Below are positions 44,759 to 56,400 of a DNA stretch of 64,000 nucleotides, piece after piece. Made by a program: the position numbers and the translations under genes. Source of the DNA: an uncultured archaeon (GTDB taxonomy: Archaea > Iainarchaeota > Iainarchaeia > Iainarchaeales > DTGL01); contig CAZKED010000001.1 of NCBI GenBank assembly GCA_964551725.1, forward strand, positions 32,001 through 96,000. The letters are read 5' to 3'. Position 1 is the stretch's first letter. The number at the start of each line of letters is the position of its first letter. The notes beneath the pieces are model-generated. The model was not told the origin of the DNA. It was given only the letters and a program-made list of their open reading frames with translations, and did not search any database.

Positions 44759-47278
44759 TCAGAATCCTCCTCCGAAAGAACTCACAACAATATTGGTTAC
44801 AAAGAAGGAAACAGTGAAAACAATCATTGAAATGGGCACGTACTTTGCGAGGTTGACTTTAACTAACAGGTTGTTGTCCTCCTCTATTTTCGTGGTGTAA
44901 TAAATCACAATCACCGCTATTTCGACGATGTAAACAAGCATTATCGCAAGGAACATGGGCGCGGAAACCATTGAAAGAAGCGCCTCGGGGTTAATCAACT
45001 GCTCGAAGGTTGTAACGTTGAACGTGCCGAGCCCCGCGCCGGCTGCCGCTTCGCTACTCTCGAAAAGGTCGTCCCCTGCAAAGGAGGCGAACAGCCGCAC
45101 GATTACCTTGAACAATGAAGTGGTGATTCCGAGCACTACCGGTGCAATGAAAACAATCATTGTGCGCATTAACTGGGAGATGTCCATCACGAGGTTCTTC
45201 AGCATTTTTGAAACCTTTTCAGAATTCTCAAGCTGCAGGGACATTGAAACAAGGGTTCTGGCGGCAACATTCACTCCGAGTTTTACCGAGTCAACGAGCA
45301 CTTTCATTCCCACTTTTATTGTTTTTGACGGAATGTTCACCAGCGCGCCGTAGCGCGGGTCGAAAACCGCGGACTCCAATGGCATGCCCATCAGGTGGAT
45401 GTTGTCGAGTGCTCTCCCAAAAATTCTGTCGGAGATTTTGTAGTTGGGTAGGAATTCCTTCACGTGCCTCAGCGCTTCCTCCATTGGCTTGTTTTCCCCC
45501 AAGCGCGAGGCGATAATGTACAGTGAGTCCTTGAATTCGGATTCGAGCTGCATTATTTCAACCTGCACCTTGCGCCTGTAAATGTTGGAGTAGTATACGA
45601 AAAAGTAAATGCATACTGCTGTGGTCAGCATCAGCCCGAAGATTAAATTGTTGGGCGTGGTGTCGTTTTCCTTCTGCATGAAGAAAACGGTTTTCCTGTA
45701 ATAAAGGGCTTTTTCTGCCGCAATTCTTGCAAGCTCTGATTTGAGTCTCGCGGTCGACCAGCCGGGGTTCTGCTGCTCAAGTGCTTTTGCGTAATCCTCG
45801 CCCACGTATTTTCTCAGTTCCGAGAGCTCGGTGGCGTTGGAGGAGTACTCCCTGAAAAATTCGTTGTAGACATCCCCGCCTTCAGTGCTTCCGGCGGGCG
45901 GCAGTGCAAAGTAGTCCTCGTTGTAACCGCCTTCTCGGAGCACGTCGGCTTCCCGCCTGTCCGCGGGAAGCAATTGCTCGTCGGGAAGCAGCGGTTCGTT
46001 CCTTCCTTCAATCCCGTAGCCCGTGGACTTCGGGGGAATTCCTTCAACGTGCAGGAACCATGAAACGCTGACTCCGGCAATTAAAATTATTGCAATGGGA
46101 ATCCATACGCTCATTTCCCTCCTGCCCAAAACCATTCTCCCCTTTTTGGGCAGTCCCGGATAGTTTTCCGGAATTTCCGGCGGCTCGTAAGTGGGTGGTC
46201 TCTGCCTCACCACCTGCACTGCAAAAAAGAAGACGCCCAGCGGAATGCCAACATTGTACAAGAGCACCAGCACGACGGGATTTGCGAGAGGCGAACCCGT
46301 GACGAACGCGCCTATGGGAAGCACGATGAATAAGATTATTGGCAGCAGGACGCCGAGGTAGAACAGTATGGCGGAAGGCATTGAAAGGTCGCGGGCGTAC
46401 TGCTCCATTTTTTCCTTTACCGCGGAAAGAAGCCCTTCAGTGGTTTTGTCGAGGAGGGCATACCTCTTTGCTTCGGTGTCCTCGAGCACTGAAGCGCGGA
46501 TGCGCATTAGTGCGAGCTTGAATTCCTTGCTGTACTTTCCCCACTTGTAGGCGAGTTCGTCCAGCCCTTCGGAGAGTGTTGGGTAAACGCCGATCTCAAC
46601 GCTCCAGAGCAATGACCTGAAATCCGCGGAAATTTTTCCGCGTCCGTGTTCGGCTGCAAACTCAACCGCTTTTTCGAGGTTGGGGGTCAGCTTGAGGGAC
46701 ATTACCATGTACCCAATCATTTCCGGAATATAGCCAAGAGCGCGCCTTTGCTCTGTTTTTATAACGCTCACGGGATAGCGCTGCACGAGCCTCGGCAGGA
46801 AAAAGACGAGAAGGAACACCGGCATGAGTATGTAGATTATCCACATGGGTCCCGCGAGGGAAGAGAGCATTCCCGAAAGAGGAGTGAACCAGACAAGCAT
46901 TACAAAGGCAAAGCTCAGCACTAGAGAGAGGAGCATTGTGAATTTGACAGCGGCGGAGAACTCCTCGGGTTTTATGTCCCAGCCGAGGAAATCAACGGCA
47001 TTCCTGAATTCTTCCGTGAATTTTGCCCCTTTTCCCAGCGAGGGCATTGTCCTGTAAGCGCGCTTGCAGAAGCGAACGAAGCGGGGCTCTTTCTTCTTGA
47101 AGAGCTTTTTTTCCCCTTTTTCGAATTCCTCCGAGCTGAACTCTATTTCCTTGTAAAGCCTGCCCGGGGAAACCCTTCTCTTCGGCTTGGGTCTGGTGTG
47201 CAAAGGTCTTGCCTCGCGCCTGCTTTCCCTTTCAGGCGCTTTGTCAATCTTCCTGCGCCTTTCGTACCTTCGAGGCAT
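44759..47278 (-). CDS. Type IV pilus membrane platform protein with two T2SS-F-like domains (TadBC/ArlJ-like)
   Basis: PEMIGYMVMSLKLTPNLEKAVEFAA and FKDSLYIIASRLGENKPMEEAL halves, each followed by TM helices. Confidence 0.82.
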   Translation of the reverse strand: MPRRYERRRKIDKAPERESRREARPLHTRPKPKRRVSPGRLYKEIEFSSEEFEKGEKKLFKKKEPRFVRFCKRAYRTMPSLGKGAKFTEEFRNAVDFLGWDIKPEEFSAAVKFTMLLSLVLSFAFVMLVWFTPLSGMLSSLAGPMWIIYILMPVFLLVFFLPRLVQRYPVSVIKTEQRRALGYIPEMIGYMVMSLKLTPNLEKAVEFAAEHGRGKISADFRSLLWSVEIGVYPTLSEGLDELAYKWGKYSKEFKLALMRIRASVLEDTEAKRYALLDKTTEGLLSAVKEKMEQYARDLSMPSAILFYLGVLLPIILFIVLPIGAFVTGSPLANPVVLVLLYNVGIPLGVFFFAVQVVRQRPPTYEPPEIPENYPGLPKKGRMVLGRREMSVWIPIAIILIAGVSVSWFLHVEGIPPKSTGYGIEGRNEPLLPDEQLLPADRREADVLREGGYNEDYFALPPAGSTEGGDVYNEFFREYSSNATELSELRKYVGEDYAKALEQQNPGWSTARLKSELARIAAEKALYYRKTVFFMQKENDTTPNNLIFGLMLTTAVCIYFFVYYSNIYRRKVQVEIMQLESEFKDSLYIIASRLGENKPMEEALRHVKEFLPNYKISDRIFGRALDNIHLMGMPLESAVFDPRYGALVNIPSKTIKVGMKVLVDSVKLGVNVAARTLVSMSLQLENSEKVSKMLKNLVMDISQLMRTMIVFIAPVVLGITTSLFKVIVRLFASFAGDDLFESSEAAAGAGLGTFNVTTFEQLINPEALLSMVSAPMFLAIMLVYIVEIAVIVIYYTTKIEEDNNLLVKVNLAKYVPISMIVFTVSFFVTNIVVSSFGGGF

Positions 47279-47288
47279 TAAAAATTCC

Positions 47289-49559
47289 TCACTTGGAAAA
47301 CCGGCCAACCATTGATTCCCGCACCCAGTCCTTCCATTCTTTCAGCACTTCCCTGTAGTTGACCTTTCCTTTTTCCTCGATTTCCTTTTCCTTCAAGAGC
47401 ATTAATTTGTCGTGCGCCAGCGCGGAGTTTTCCGCTTCAAGAATCTCGGGCAGGGAATGCTCTTCTTTCAGTTTCACCAGGAATTCCTTGGACTCGCCGC
47501 GCATTCTAATCTCCTCCCACATCTGCTGCATTGAGAGACCGGAAACCCTGCTTATTTTTTCGAAAATGTCCGATTCCTTCAAGTTGTCTTCCAGCAGTTC
47601 GAGCCTGTCCTTTTTGGCATCATAGCGCATTAAGTCCAGCAACCCGCCTTCTCTTTCCGGGTCCTCAACCCAGTGCTTTTTTATTTCGGTTACTTCAACA
47701 ACCCTGCGGTGGCTTTTTAGGGAACCGCCGAACCTTATGGGGCGGGCGGTAACAACAATGTCCGTTGCCTTGAAGGAGGTTGTCGGAACATCCAAGTCAT
47801 TCACGACGCGGTCCCAGACAGCGTAAGCGGAATCGCCGTGAATCGTTCCCATTACAACGTTGCCTGCAGCCCCAATGCGCATTGCCTCGTACAAAGTGCG
47901 CGCTTCCGTGGAGCGCACTTCACCGAGCACCAGAGCGCTGTCGCCCAGGCGCAGGGCGGTGCGAAGTGCCTCTTCTGGGGCAACCTCTGTCTCGGTTTTT
48001 GAGACTCCTATGGGCGAGCGTGTTTTGAGCCTCTGTATGTTGAAGCCGATTCTCTTCATGTACTCCGCGGGAATTTCAAGCGTGTCCTCCTGGAGTATTA
48101 TTCTCGAGTTCTTGGGAATTTCGAGAATGTTCGCTGCCATCAGCGAGGTCTTGCCCGAGCCCCTGGAACCTGTAACGAGCATTGTTGTCTTGTTGTCGAT
48201 GAAAAAGGAAATGAGCCCGGCTGCCATCGGATTCAAAAATTTCACGTCAATAAACTGTGCCAAAGTCCAGGGCGTGACCTTGTGCAGGCGGAAAGCGAAT
48301 GCGACTCCGTCCGGCGCCAAAGGCGGCCCTATGGTTGCAATTCTTGTCTCCAGTTCCGGCAAATCGAAGTCGAGCACCGGGTGCGCTTCGTCGAATGGTC
48401 TTCCTGACATTGCGCGCATTTTTGTTATGAGCGTCTGGGCTTCCTTTTCCGTGTAAAGAATGTTCGTGGAGCACTGCCCGAAATCCGAGTGCACCAAGTA
48501 AACCGGATTCTGCCCTATTGGTGAATCCAAAAAAACATCCGTGAGCCTGCGGTCGGAGAGAATTATTTCAAGTATTCCGTAGCCCACGGTATAGCGCGCG
48601 ACGATTTCGCTCAGTTCCTCCGCCTCTCTCTTCGTGATTTTTATTCCGTTTGTTTTCGCGACATCGAGGATTGTGCTCTGGTAAATGCGTTCGAAGTAAT
48701 CCCGGGATTTTGCCACGGTGCTCAGCGACGCCTTTCCGGGAGTGTAGGCTGCAACGATTTCCTTTGTCTTGCTGAGAACGAAATATTTTTCGGGGGAAAG
48801 GGTGTATTCGGGCGGATTGATGAAGTATAGGTTCATTGTTTTGTTTGGGTGGTTGAATATCTGCACTGTGGTGTTCTTTACAGTATATTCGTCCAATAGC
48901 TCCAACTCTTCCTCGTCCTTGAACATTAACATCGAGCCTATGAAAGACGGCTTTATCTGGGCTTCGAAGAACACCCTGTATAAATCCTTTGTGTCCGGTA
49001 TTTCCTCGAGTTCTGTCAAAAAGCGCTTTACTTTCTGTATGAGCGCGGTTTTTTCGAATTCGTCTTTCATGTATGCGAGGGTGCGCAGGTAAACCTTGCT
49101 TCCCTGCTTGTACTGTTCGCTGCCTTCCTTGTACCTGGCTTTTTCTTTCTGGAGTTCGAGCACGCAGGTGAAGTAGGCTTTTATGGGATCGTATGCGATG
49201 AGGTCGTGCGCTATCGTTACCGCCATTTTGTGCCTGGGACCCAAAAACATTTCGTCCGCGCCTGGCTCGCCCAGATTCTTCGACGCCCAGACGGTTTCCG
49301 CGTCAAATTTCTGCATCAGTTCTACTATTTCCTTGAGGAGTGCAGTCTGCGCCTGGTCGTAAACGCGCTCGTAGGCTTCCGCCAGCACTATCAGGTCCGC
49401 TTCCATTTCGGACATCGCTTTTATTACGTGGTAACGGCATGCTTGGTCGTCCGCTATCGAGGTGCCGTAAACGCATTCCCTGCAGTCGAATAGCAGGTGG
49501 CGCTTGTTGGCTTCCTCTTTAACGGTGTAATCCCCTACCTTGAACCCGCCTATTTTCAT
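47289..49559 (-). CDS. Type IV pilus / type II-IV secretion ATPase
   Basis: Walker A GSRGSGKTS, QEDTLE, LRLGDSALVLGEVR and GTIHG. N-terminal CRECx11C. Confidence 0.92.
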   Translation of the reverse strand: MKIGGFKVGDYTVKEEANKRHLLFDCRECVYGTSIADDQACRYHVIKAMSEMEADLIVLAEAYERVYDQAQTALLKEIVELMQKFDAETVWASKNLGEPGADEMFLGPRHKMAVTIAHDLIAYDPIKAYFTCVLELQKEKARYKEGSEQYKQGSKVYLRTLAYMKDEFEKTALIQKVKRFLTELEEIPDTKDLYRVFFEAQIKPSFIGSMLMFKDEEELELLDEYTVKNTTVQIFNHPNKTMNLYFINPPEYTLSPEKYFVLSKTKEIVAAYTPGKASLSTVAKSRDYFERIYQSTILDVAKTNGIKITKREAEELSEIVARYTVGYGILEIILSDRRLTDVFLDSPIGQNPVYLVHSDFGQCSTNILYTEKEAQTLITKMRAMSGRPFDEAHPVLDFDLPELETRIATIGPPLAPDGVAFAFRLHKVTPWTLAQFIDVKFLNPMAAGLISFFIDNKTTMLVTGSRGSGKTSLMAANILEIPKNSRIILQEDTLEIPAEYMKRIGFNIQRLKTRSPIGVSKTETEVAPEEALRTALRLGDSALVLGEVRSTEARTLYEAMRIGAAGNVVMGTIHGDSAYAVWDRVVNDLDVPTTSFKATDIVVTARPIRFGGSLKSHRRVVEVTEIKKHWVEDPEREGGLLDLMRYDAKKDRLELLEDNLKESDIFEKISRVSGLSMQQMWEEIRMRGESKEFLVKLKEEHSLPEILEAENSALAHDKLMLLKEKEIEEKGKVNYREVLKEWKDWVRESMVGRFSK

Positions 49560-49702
49560 TTCCGCACCTTTTTGCACCCTTTGCGCGTTTTCCGCGTGCT
49601 GCAGAAAAAAGGGCTTAAGTCATTATTAAACCTATCTCTCCCCGCCGCGGGAGCGCAAAAAAAAGGGTTAAATTGCTTTTCGTTTTTAATTTCACTGGTA
49701 GA

Positions 49703-50335
49703 ATGGCGCGCAGGAAAAATAATGCAGATGCTTTCGCCGCCGCGCGCGCGGCGGCGGAAAAATGGCTGGCATTCGAGAGAAAGAATGCAAAAAGCGAGGC
49801 GTTCAAGGCAGCAAAATTTCTGGCGGCATTCGCCCTCGTTTTTTTCGGGCTGAATTTTTTTCTCTCTTTTGTGCCGCTGCAGTTTTTCGAGGTGCCGGTG
49901 GCAGTGGCAATAAAGGGATTCCTTGCAACGCAGAGCGTTGGGGCAAGAATCATTGCAACGGAGCCCGTTATAGTGGCGGCGGAAACAGGGCTTGATGTGT
50001 CAGTATCATACCTCTGCACAGGGCTGCTCGAAAGCGTTGTGTGGATTGGAATAATCGCCGCTTCCCTGGGCGTGGAGTGGAAGAAGCGCTTGGCAGGCGC
50101 GTTCCTCGGTTTGGCTGGACTGGCGGCATTCAATCTTTTGAGAATTTTCACAACGCTCTATTTCGTGCTCAACTCGGATGTCAGCACGGTGACTTTTATA
50201 CATAACACATTTTTCAGAGCCGCATTATTCGCTGTATTGGTCGGATTTTACGGAATATGGTTCTGGCTTTCGGTCAGGAGCGAAATGACCAGAGGGAGGG
50301 AAAAGGGAAAAAGGCAAAAGAAACAAAAAAACTAA
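49703..50335 (+). CDS. Archaeosortase/exosortase-family membrane protease
   Basis: Multi-TM protein with putative catalytic Cys (YLCTG), Arg (FNLLRI) and His (FIHNTF) in the expected order. Confidence 0.85.
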   Translation: MARRKNNADAFAAARAAAEKWLAFERKNAKSEAFKAAKFLAAFALVFFGLNFFLSFVPLQFFEVPVAVAIKGFLATQSVGARIIATEPVIVAAETGLDVSVSYLCTGLLESVVWIGIIAASLGVEWKKRLAGAFLGLAGLAAFNLLRIFTTLYFVLNSDVSTVTFIHNTFFRAALFAVLVGFYGIWFWLSVRSEMTRGREKGKRQKKQKN

Positions 50336-50411
50336 AGGTATATTAATTACTTATATACCCAAGAATAAATAAATCAACATATGAAGCAGAAAGGGCGCGC
50401 GCGGTGTATTT

Positions 50412-53400
50412 ATGTTCGGAAACTCACTTGGCTCCTTTTACACAAAGATTGAGGACAAATGGTATTCCGCCATAGACTGGCTTGACCGGAAAGGAATTCC
50501 TTTTTACGTTTTCACGGATTTTCTCGAAAAGCGCGGAATTCCCTCGCTTCCTTTTTCAATCGCCGTCTTGTTTTTGCTCGTGCTATTGCTTTCCACTGTT
50601 TCTTTCGGAACAGCCGTGAATGCAACGCTTTCATTCAACATTTCAGATGCACACGGAGACCCGCTGCAGGGCGTTACAGTAACAATAACCGATGCAGCAG
50701 GAAAGCAGGTGGAAAAGAAAGCGGTAAGCGACGGCGGGAAAATTTTACTGCAGGGCGCCCCGGTCGGAGCGGTTTACGAAATAAGCGCCGCAAAGCCGGG
50801 CTATGTTCAGGATGACACCACTGCAAAAATTGATTCTGCTTCGGTGAATGTTTACCTCACGCTCAGGGCGGACTTGCAGCTTGCAGAGGGAATGCTTTCC
50901 CTCGTGGACGAAAGAAGCGGCACGGCAGTTAGGAATCCCGTGTGCATTGTGAAATACGAGGGGCTGGACATTGACGGCAGCGTGGACAGCAAGCAGGTGA
51001 TTCATTTCAGCGGCATTCCCGCGGGAGAGGAAGTGATAGTGCAGTGCACGGCGAACGGATACGAGGACCTTTCAATCCCAATCGCGTTCAGGGAAGGCGA
51101 AACAATGCAGCAGGTCATGACACCGCTTACCGCGGCGCTGACCGGCGACTCTTTTGTTCTCGTTTCATTGTACGAGTGGACTGACGGCGAGGCAAAGCCG
51201 CTGAGCGGGGTTCGCCTTATAATAAAGAACGCGGAAACAGGAAATACGATAAGCGACGTCAATCTCGGGGAAGACGCGGAATACGCTGAAACGCTTAAAA
51301 AGGGCACGGTCATAACAATCACAGCGGAAAAAGAGGGCTTTATTACTGCGGTGTGGCCTGAAACCACTCTCAGGGAGGAGGAAACGCCAATTGAAATCGT
51401 GATGAGGAAAGGCGGCGAAAAGCTCGTTGTGAGGGTGAATGCCGAGGACACGGGACCTTTAAGCGGTGCAATAGTGCAGTTGTACGATGCCGCGGCTGAA
51501 CTGATAAAGGAGGAAACCACAGACTTCAGCGGCTTCGTTGAGCTTGTGGGCATGGACCCTAACGCGACGTATTACATTACGGCGTACAAGGACCTGTACG
51601 TCGCGCAGAGGAAAAAAATAATTCCCGGGGAACTCGAGGAACTTGTTTTCACTCTTGAGTACGCGAGCCCGCAGAATTCCTCCACGCTTTCAATAAAAGT
51701 GCTCGATTCTGCTGGATTCTATGCGAACGGCGCATCGCTTTATTTTTATGAAAGAAGCGGGGAAGAAGTGCTGCCTTTGGGCATTCCAGTAAAGTACGCT
51801 GACCTGAGGGGGGAAGCGATAGCACAGGTTGAAAAGGAAAAGCTCGTTGTTGTCGTCGCCAAGAAGGATTTGGAAGAGGGAGAGGGCGAAGCGGAAATAA
51901 CGCAGAGCTCGCACGAAATGGAAATACAGATGGAAAAACCCGTCAATTTCGTCGAGCTGAAGCTCGTGGACGAATTCGGCAATCCGGTTCCTGGAACGGC
52001 GAACATTTCAACGCAGTCCGGCGAAGAGCTTTACAGCGGGGAAATTTCAGATGCAATATGGTTCGATTCGCAGGGAAACGAAAAAGTTGTGCTCGCGGTT
52101 GAACAGGAAGGGGAAAAAATTTACGAGGAAGAAGTGGAAGTCGACAGCAAGACGGAAATAGAAATAGAAATTCCTTTGGGAGAAGAGGCAAGAATTCCTG
52201 CAATTGAATTCCTGGGCGTGTTCAACGCAATGGACGAGGAAGTCGAGGGAATCACGCGCGGTGAATATTACTGGCTGAAATTCAGCGCCAGTCTGCCGCA
52301 GTCGGAGAAAAGCGGGGTTCATGTCAGGGTGGGAAACGACTCGCAGAAGTTCGCGGACGAACAGCGCGTGGGAATCTACGGCTTTGATTCCGCACCTGGA
52401 GACTTTTTCTTCGGGCGCAGCTACCAGCCCCCCTCGGGACAGGCAATCGACTACAAGAACCGCGGGAAAGCGGGAGAGAAAAACAAATGGGTTGAAATCT
52501 ATTTCGACAACCCGGCGGACACAGAAATAATAAGGGTGAAAGTAAAAACAGAGGAAACCTTTTCAAGGGAAGAATTCGAAGTGCACTTCAGGGCGTTCGC
52601 GAAATTCAGGGGAAAATTCTACAATTCTCCGCAGAGCACCGGGGAAATGCAGCTTTATTCCGAGACGTACAGCGAGAGCGTGAGGGTTTTCACCACACGC
52701 ACGCTGTGCAGCGAGGGACTGTGCGCCGGCTACCTGTTCAGGGACGCGGAGGGAATGGAATTCAGGGAAAACGAATTCAAGCCCATACTGGAAAGACCCT
52801 ACGCGCTTGAAATAACGCTGAGCGCGAAAGAAGGGGAAAAGGTGAATCTCACAGCGAGCACGAGAGCGAATGCCGCGGCAATGGCATTCTGGGGGATTTC
52901 ACTGGACGAGTTTGCAGTCGTTCCCGAGCAGGGCTACGAGCTCGCGAGCGCGGACATAGCGGACGTGCAGGTAGAGCGCGGCGAGGAAGTCAAAGCGGTT
53001 GTTTATTTCATGCCAAAGGAAACAGGGCAGGGCTATCTGGAGATATCCGTGCAGGGAACGGAGAACGAGATAAGGAAGAAATTCTACTTCGACGTGGCGG
53101 AGGAAAGAAACATAAGCATTGAAATGCCCGGAAAAGGAAAGCTCACCCTCGGGGAAAACCTTTTCCTGCGCCTGACCGACGCGGAAACAAGCGAATTTTT
53201 GACAAACGCGAAACTCAGGCTTGAAAACATCGACACAGAGAAGATTGAAGTCTCAACCGTAGGAACGAACACGAGAAACAACGGCTTGAACGGGGAATAT
53301 TCCCTTGAAACCTCGCACCTCGAGCCCGGCTTCTACAAAATCGTTGCATCGTTGTACGGTTACGTGGAGGCGGAAAAGCCAGTTATCATTCTCACCGATG

Positions 53401-56400
53401 AAGTGCTCGAGATTGAATCGCCCGTTGAGATAAGCATGGAGCGCTGTGCTTTGGAGGGAAAATGCGAAACCTCCGGGGAAGCGACAGCAAAAATAACCAA
53501 TAACTTGGGACTGCCCGTGGAAGTAAAGGGCTTCAGGTTCGAGCACATAAGAATGCCCAACGAATTCACGCTGAGCGCGGATGTTTCCGACATACTGGAG
53601 GGAGAGAGCGCTGTCTATATTACCGCGGTTTTCTCGGGAATGTACGACAAGCACCTGCACGGCGAATCCGACCTGGTGATAGAGGGAAGCGTGGGAAACG
53701 TTTCCGTGGAAGCGACGGCAAGAGTGAAAGTCAGCTACAACAAGGAACTGCCGAGCGACTGCCTCACAATAGACAAGGATTCGCTGCAGGTTTTAATGCT
53801 AGGAAATGAGGGGTCTACTGAAACCGTTTCATTCGAAGTGGAGTACTCGAGAAGGGAGGAATGCTACAGGGATTCGGCGCTGGAATTCAGCGTTTACTCC
53901 GAGGCACTGCGGTCGGACGAGGACATCACAGTGGAGGAAACCACTTTTTCCCTTTCCCCGGGGGAAAAGAGGGACGTGAGGCTTTCAATAACAAACAATA
54001 TAAAGCGCTTTTATTCCGCTTCACTGAAAAGGGAATTTGAAATATTCATTGAGTCGGCTGACATCACTAAAAGCATTCCCTTAACCGTGCTCTTAAAAGA
54101 CCCGGTGTTTTTCCTTGAGACAAATGACAACATCACGCTCTGGATGAGCAAGGACGAGGAATCCGGGGAAATAAGCGGCATTGCGCCGCTGTACATGAGG
54201 AACACGGGCGAACTGCCCATTGAAAGCCTTTCGTTTTCCATAGCGGAAAGCCCGGCGTCAATCAACATCACCGTACTGCAGGACGGGGGCAATCTCACCT
54301 ATTTGACACAGCCCGCGCTGCAGGCTTATTCAGCCCGTATTCCAATGGGGGACGGAATGGCACTCTACGGGGCGCCGCTCCAGCCCGGGGAACAAGCGTC
54401 GCCGCCAAAAACAATCTATGCGAGCACTACTTCGACAGGCATTGACAAGGGACCGCACAGGGCAATAATCGAAATACGCGGCGTGGTGAAGGGCGAGGAG
54501 CATTTCCTCAGGAACGTTGCGGTATGGATTCACGTTTCCACGCCGAAATGCCTCAAACTGTACATGACGGACACGGATTTCAGGAGCGCGGAGAGCGAGC
54601 AGGGAACGATTTCAAAAACAGCAACGATTGAAAACAACTGCGGGGAAACCGTGAGGGAAATAACGCTCGACCCCAAAAAGTTCGGGGAGAACACTCTCAA
54701 CCTAAACCCCCTGAGAAAGGCATTCCTGAGCCCGGGGGAAAAGACGGAATGGAAAGTGATAATGGAGAAAAGGGAGGATTACTCCGCGGAAACGGAATTG
54801 AGGGCTAAAGGATTCCTTGTTTCAACGCAGAGGTATATTTACTCCGACCCCATTCCCATAACAATTGCAATAGGAACGGAAGCCGAAACAAGTGCTGGAC
54901 CTTCGCTTGAAGCCTTCACAATGCCTGTGTGCGAAACGGACGAGGAAAAGGAAATACATTACCCGGACATCGCTTCCTACGAGGACAAGGACTGCGCGCA
55001 GGGATACTGCGATGCGGTGCAGTTGAGCGAATTCCTGCTGAAAAAAGCGGAGGAAAAAATACAGGCAGTGAAGCGCAGGCTTCAGGACGGCAGCTATGAT
55101 GTGAGCAATTTCGACAACTGCCAGGATTCCGCTGGACTTTGCAGTTTCACTTCCCTGGACGTAACGCCCACAGTGCTCACCGTTTACATGAACAACGACA
55201 ACCTCAGCGCTGAAGTCGCGGAGCACGTGAAGGACACCGGCTCTTTCCCGGAACTCAAAGGGTTTGTTGTCGATTACTTCGATGGCACGATATCCGACCT
55301 CGTTTCAAGGGAGGGCTTTTTCGCGCCGTTCCATTTGTACATGCCGACAAACGTCACCGGCTGCGGGAAATACGTTTTCTCAGTGAAGGGCGCAGTGCAG
55401 AACATACAGGGAAAGCTCGAGGAAGACAAAATATTGATACTCATTGAGTTCACGGAGGAAAGGAAAATCACTCCAGAATGCACGAACGAAGTGCAGAACG
55501 TAATGAATTTCCTGCCCGTGGACAAAGGGTTAACGCATAGAAACAACAAGAGCGCCTGGCCCGCTACAGTGGAAGCCACAAGCGAATTGGAGGAATTGGG
55601 CAAAAAAATTGCCGATGAATTGTTTGACGACGAGAAGCGCAGCACCACCGGCTCAGTGTCACTGAACAAGCTGAGGTTGAAATATGGTGATGAAGAACAG
55701 GGGGGCATTCTCGTAATAAAGCTCATGCGCGTTTCGAGCACCGAAGCAAGACCCAAGACTGTCGAGGCACTCATTACGCCAATGCACAGGGACAGCGCGG
55801 ATGACGTAAAGGAAACGCTTGAGGAAAGCATTGTTGAGGCATTTGGCAAGCTTGCGCAGAGCTCGCAGGACCTAGACATGTGCATTGATGCACAGGGCGA
55901 GTCATTCACCCTTCTCGGGCTGGAATCCAGGGGGGAAATCTCGATTTCCGGAGAGGAAAGAATTGAACTGTACTACGAGGAGGAGGGATGCGCGGACCTG
56001 AATGTTTTCAGTTCCGTGATGGAAAAAGTTTCGCTTAAAACAAACTGGAAGGAAATGCGCGAGGCGGGAGAGAACGCGGGCTTGAGCGACGTTTACATTA
56101 AAGTAGCGGGGGAAAGGGTGAAGGAGTATTCCAACGAGGAGCGCGTGCTCGGCGATTCCTTCAGGCTTGAAAGGAATCCCGCGGGAAACAATTACTACAT
56201 GGAATTCCAGGTCTGCGCGAAAGGAGACATTGACGCGATTGACGAAGCATTCGGCAAGGAAGTGAAGGTGAGAGCGAAAAGCGCTTCCTTTGCGGGAAGG
56301 GAAATGAAAGACTGGCATTCGGTGAGCATTGAATTGTGCTGGATTCACCCCTACAGCTTGCTGGACAAATTGGAGGGAGTTCACGTTGACCCGGGTGAAA

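Noticed and set aside
40169-49559. Archaellum operon
   Set aside because: No ArlH, ArlF or ArlG, and the pilin N-termini do not match the archaellin G.xG(I/L)GTLIVFIA pattern.
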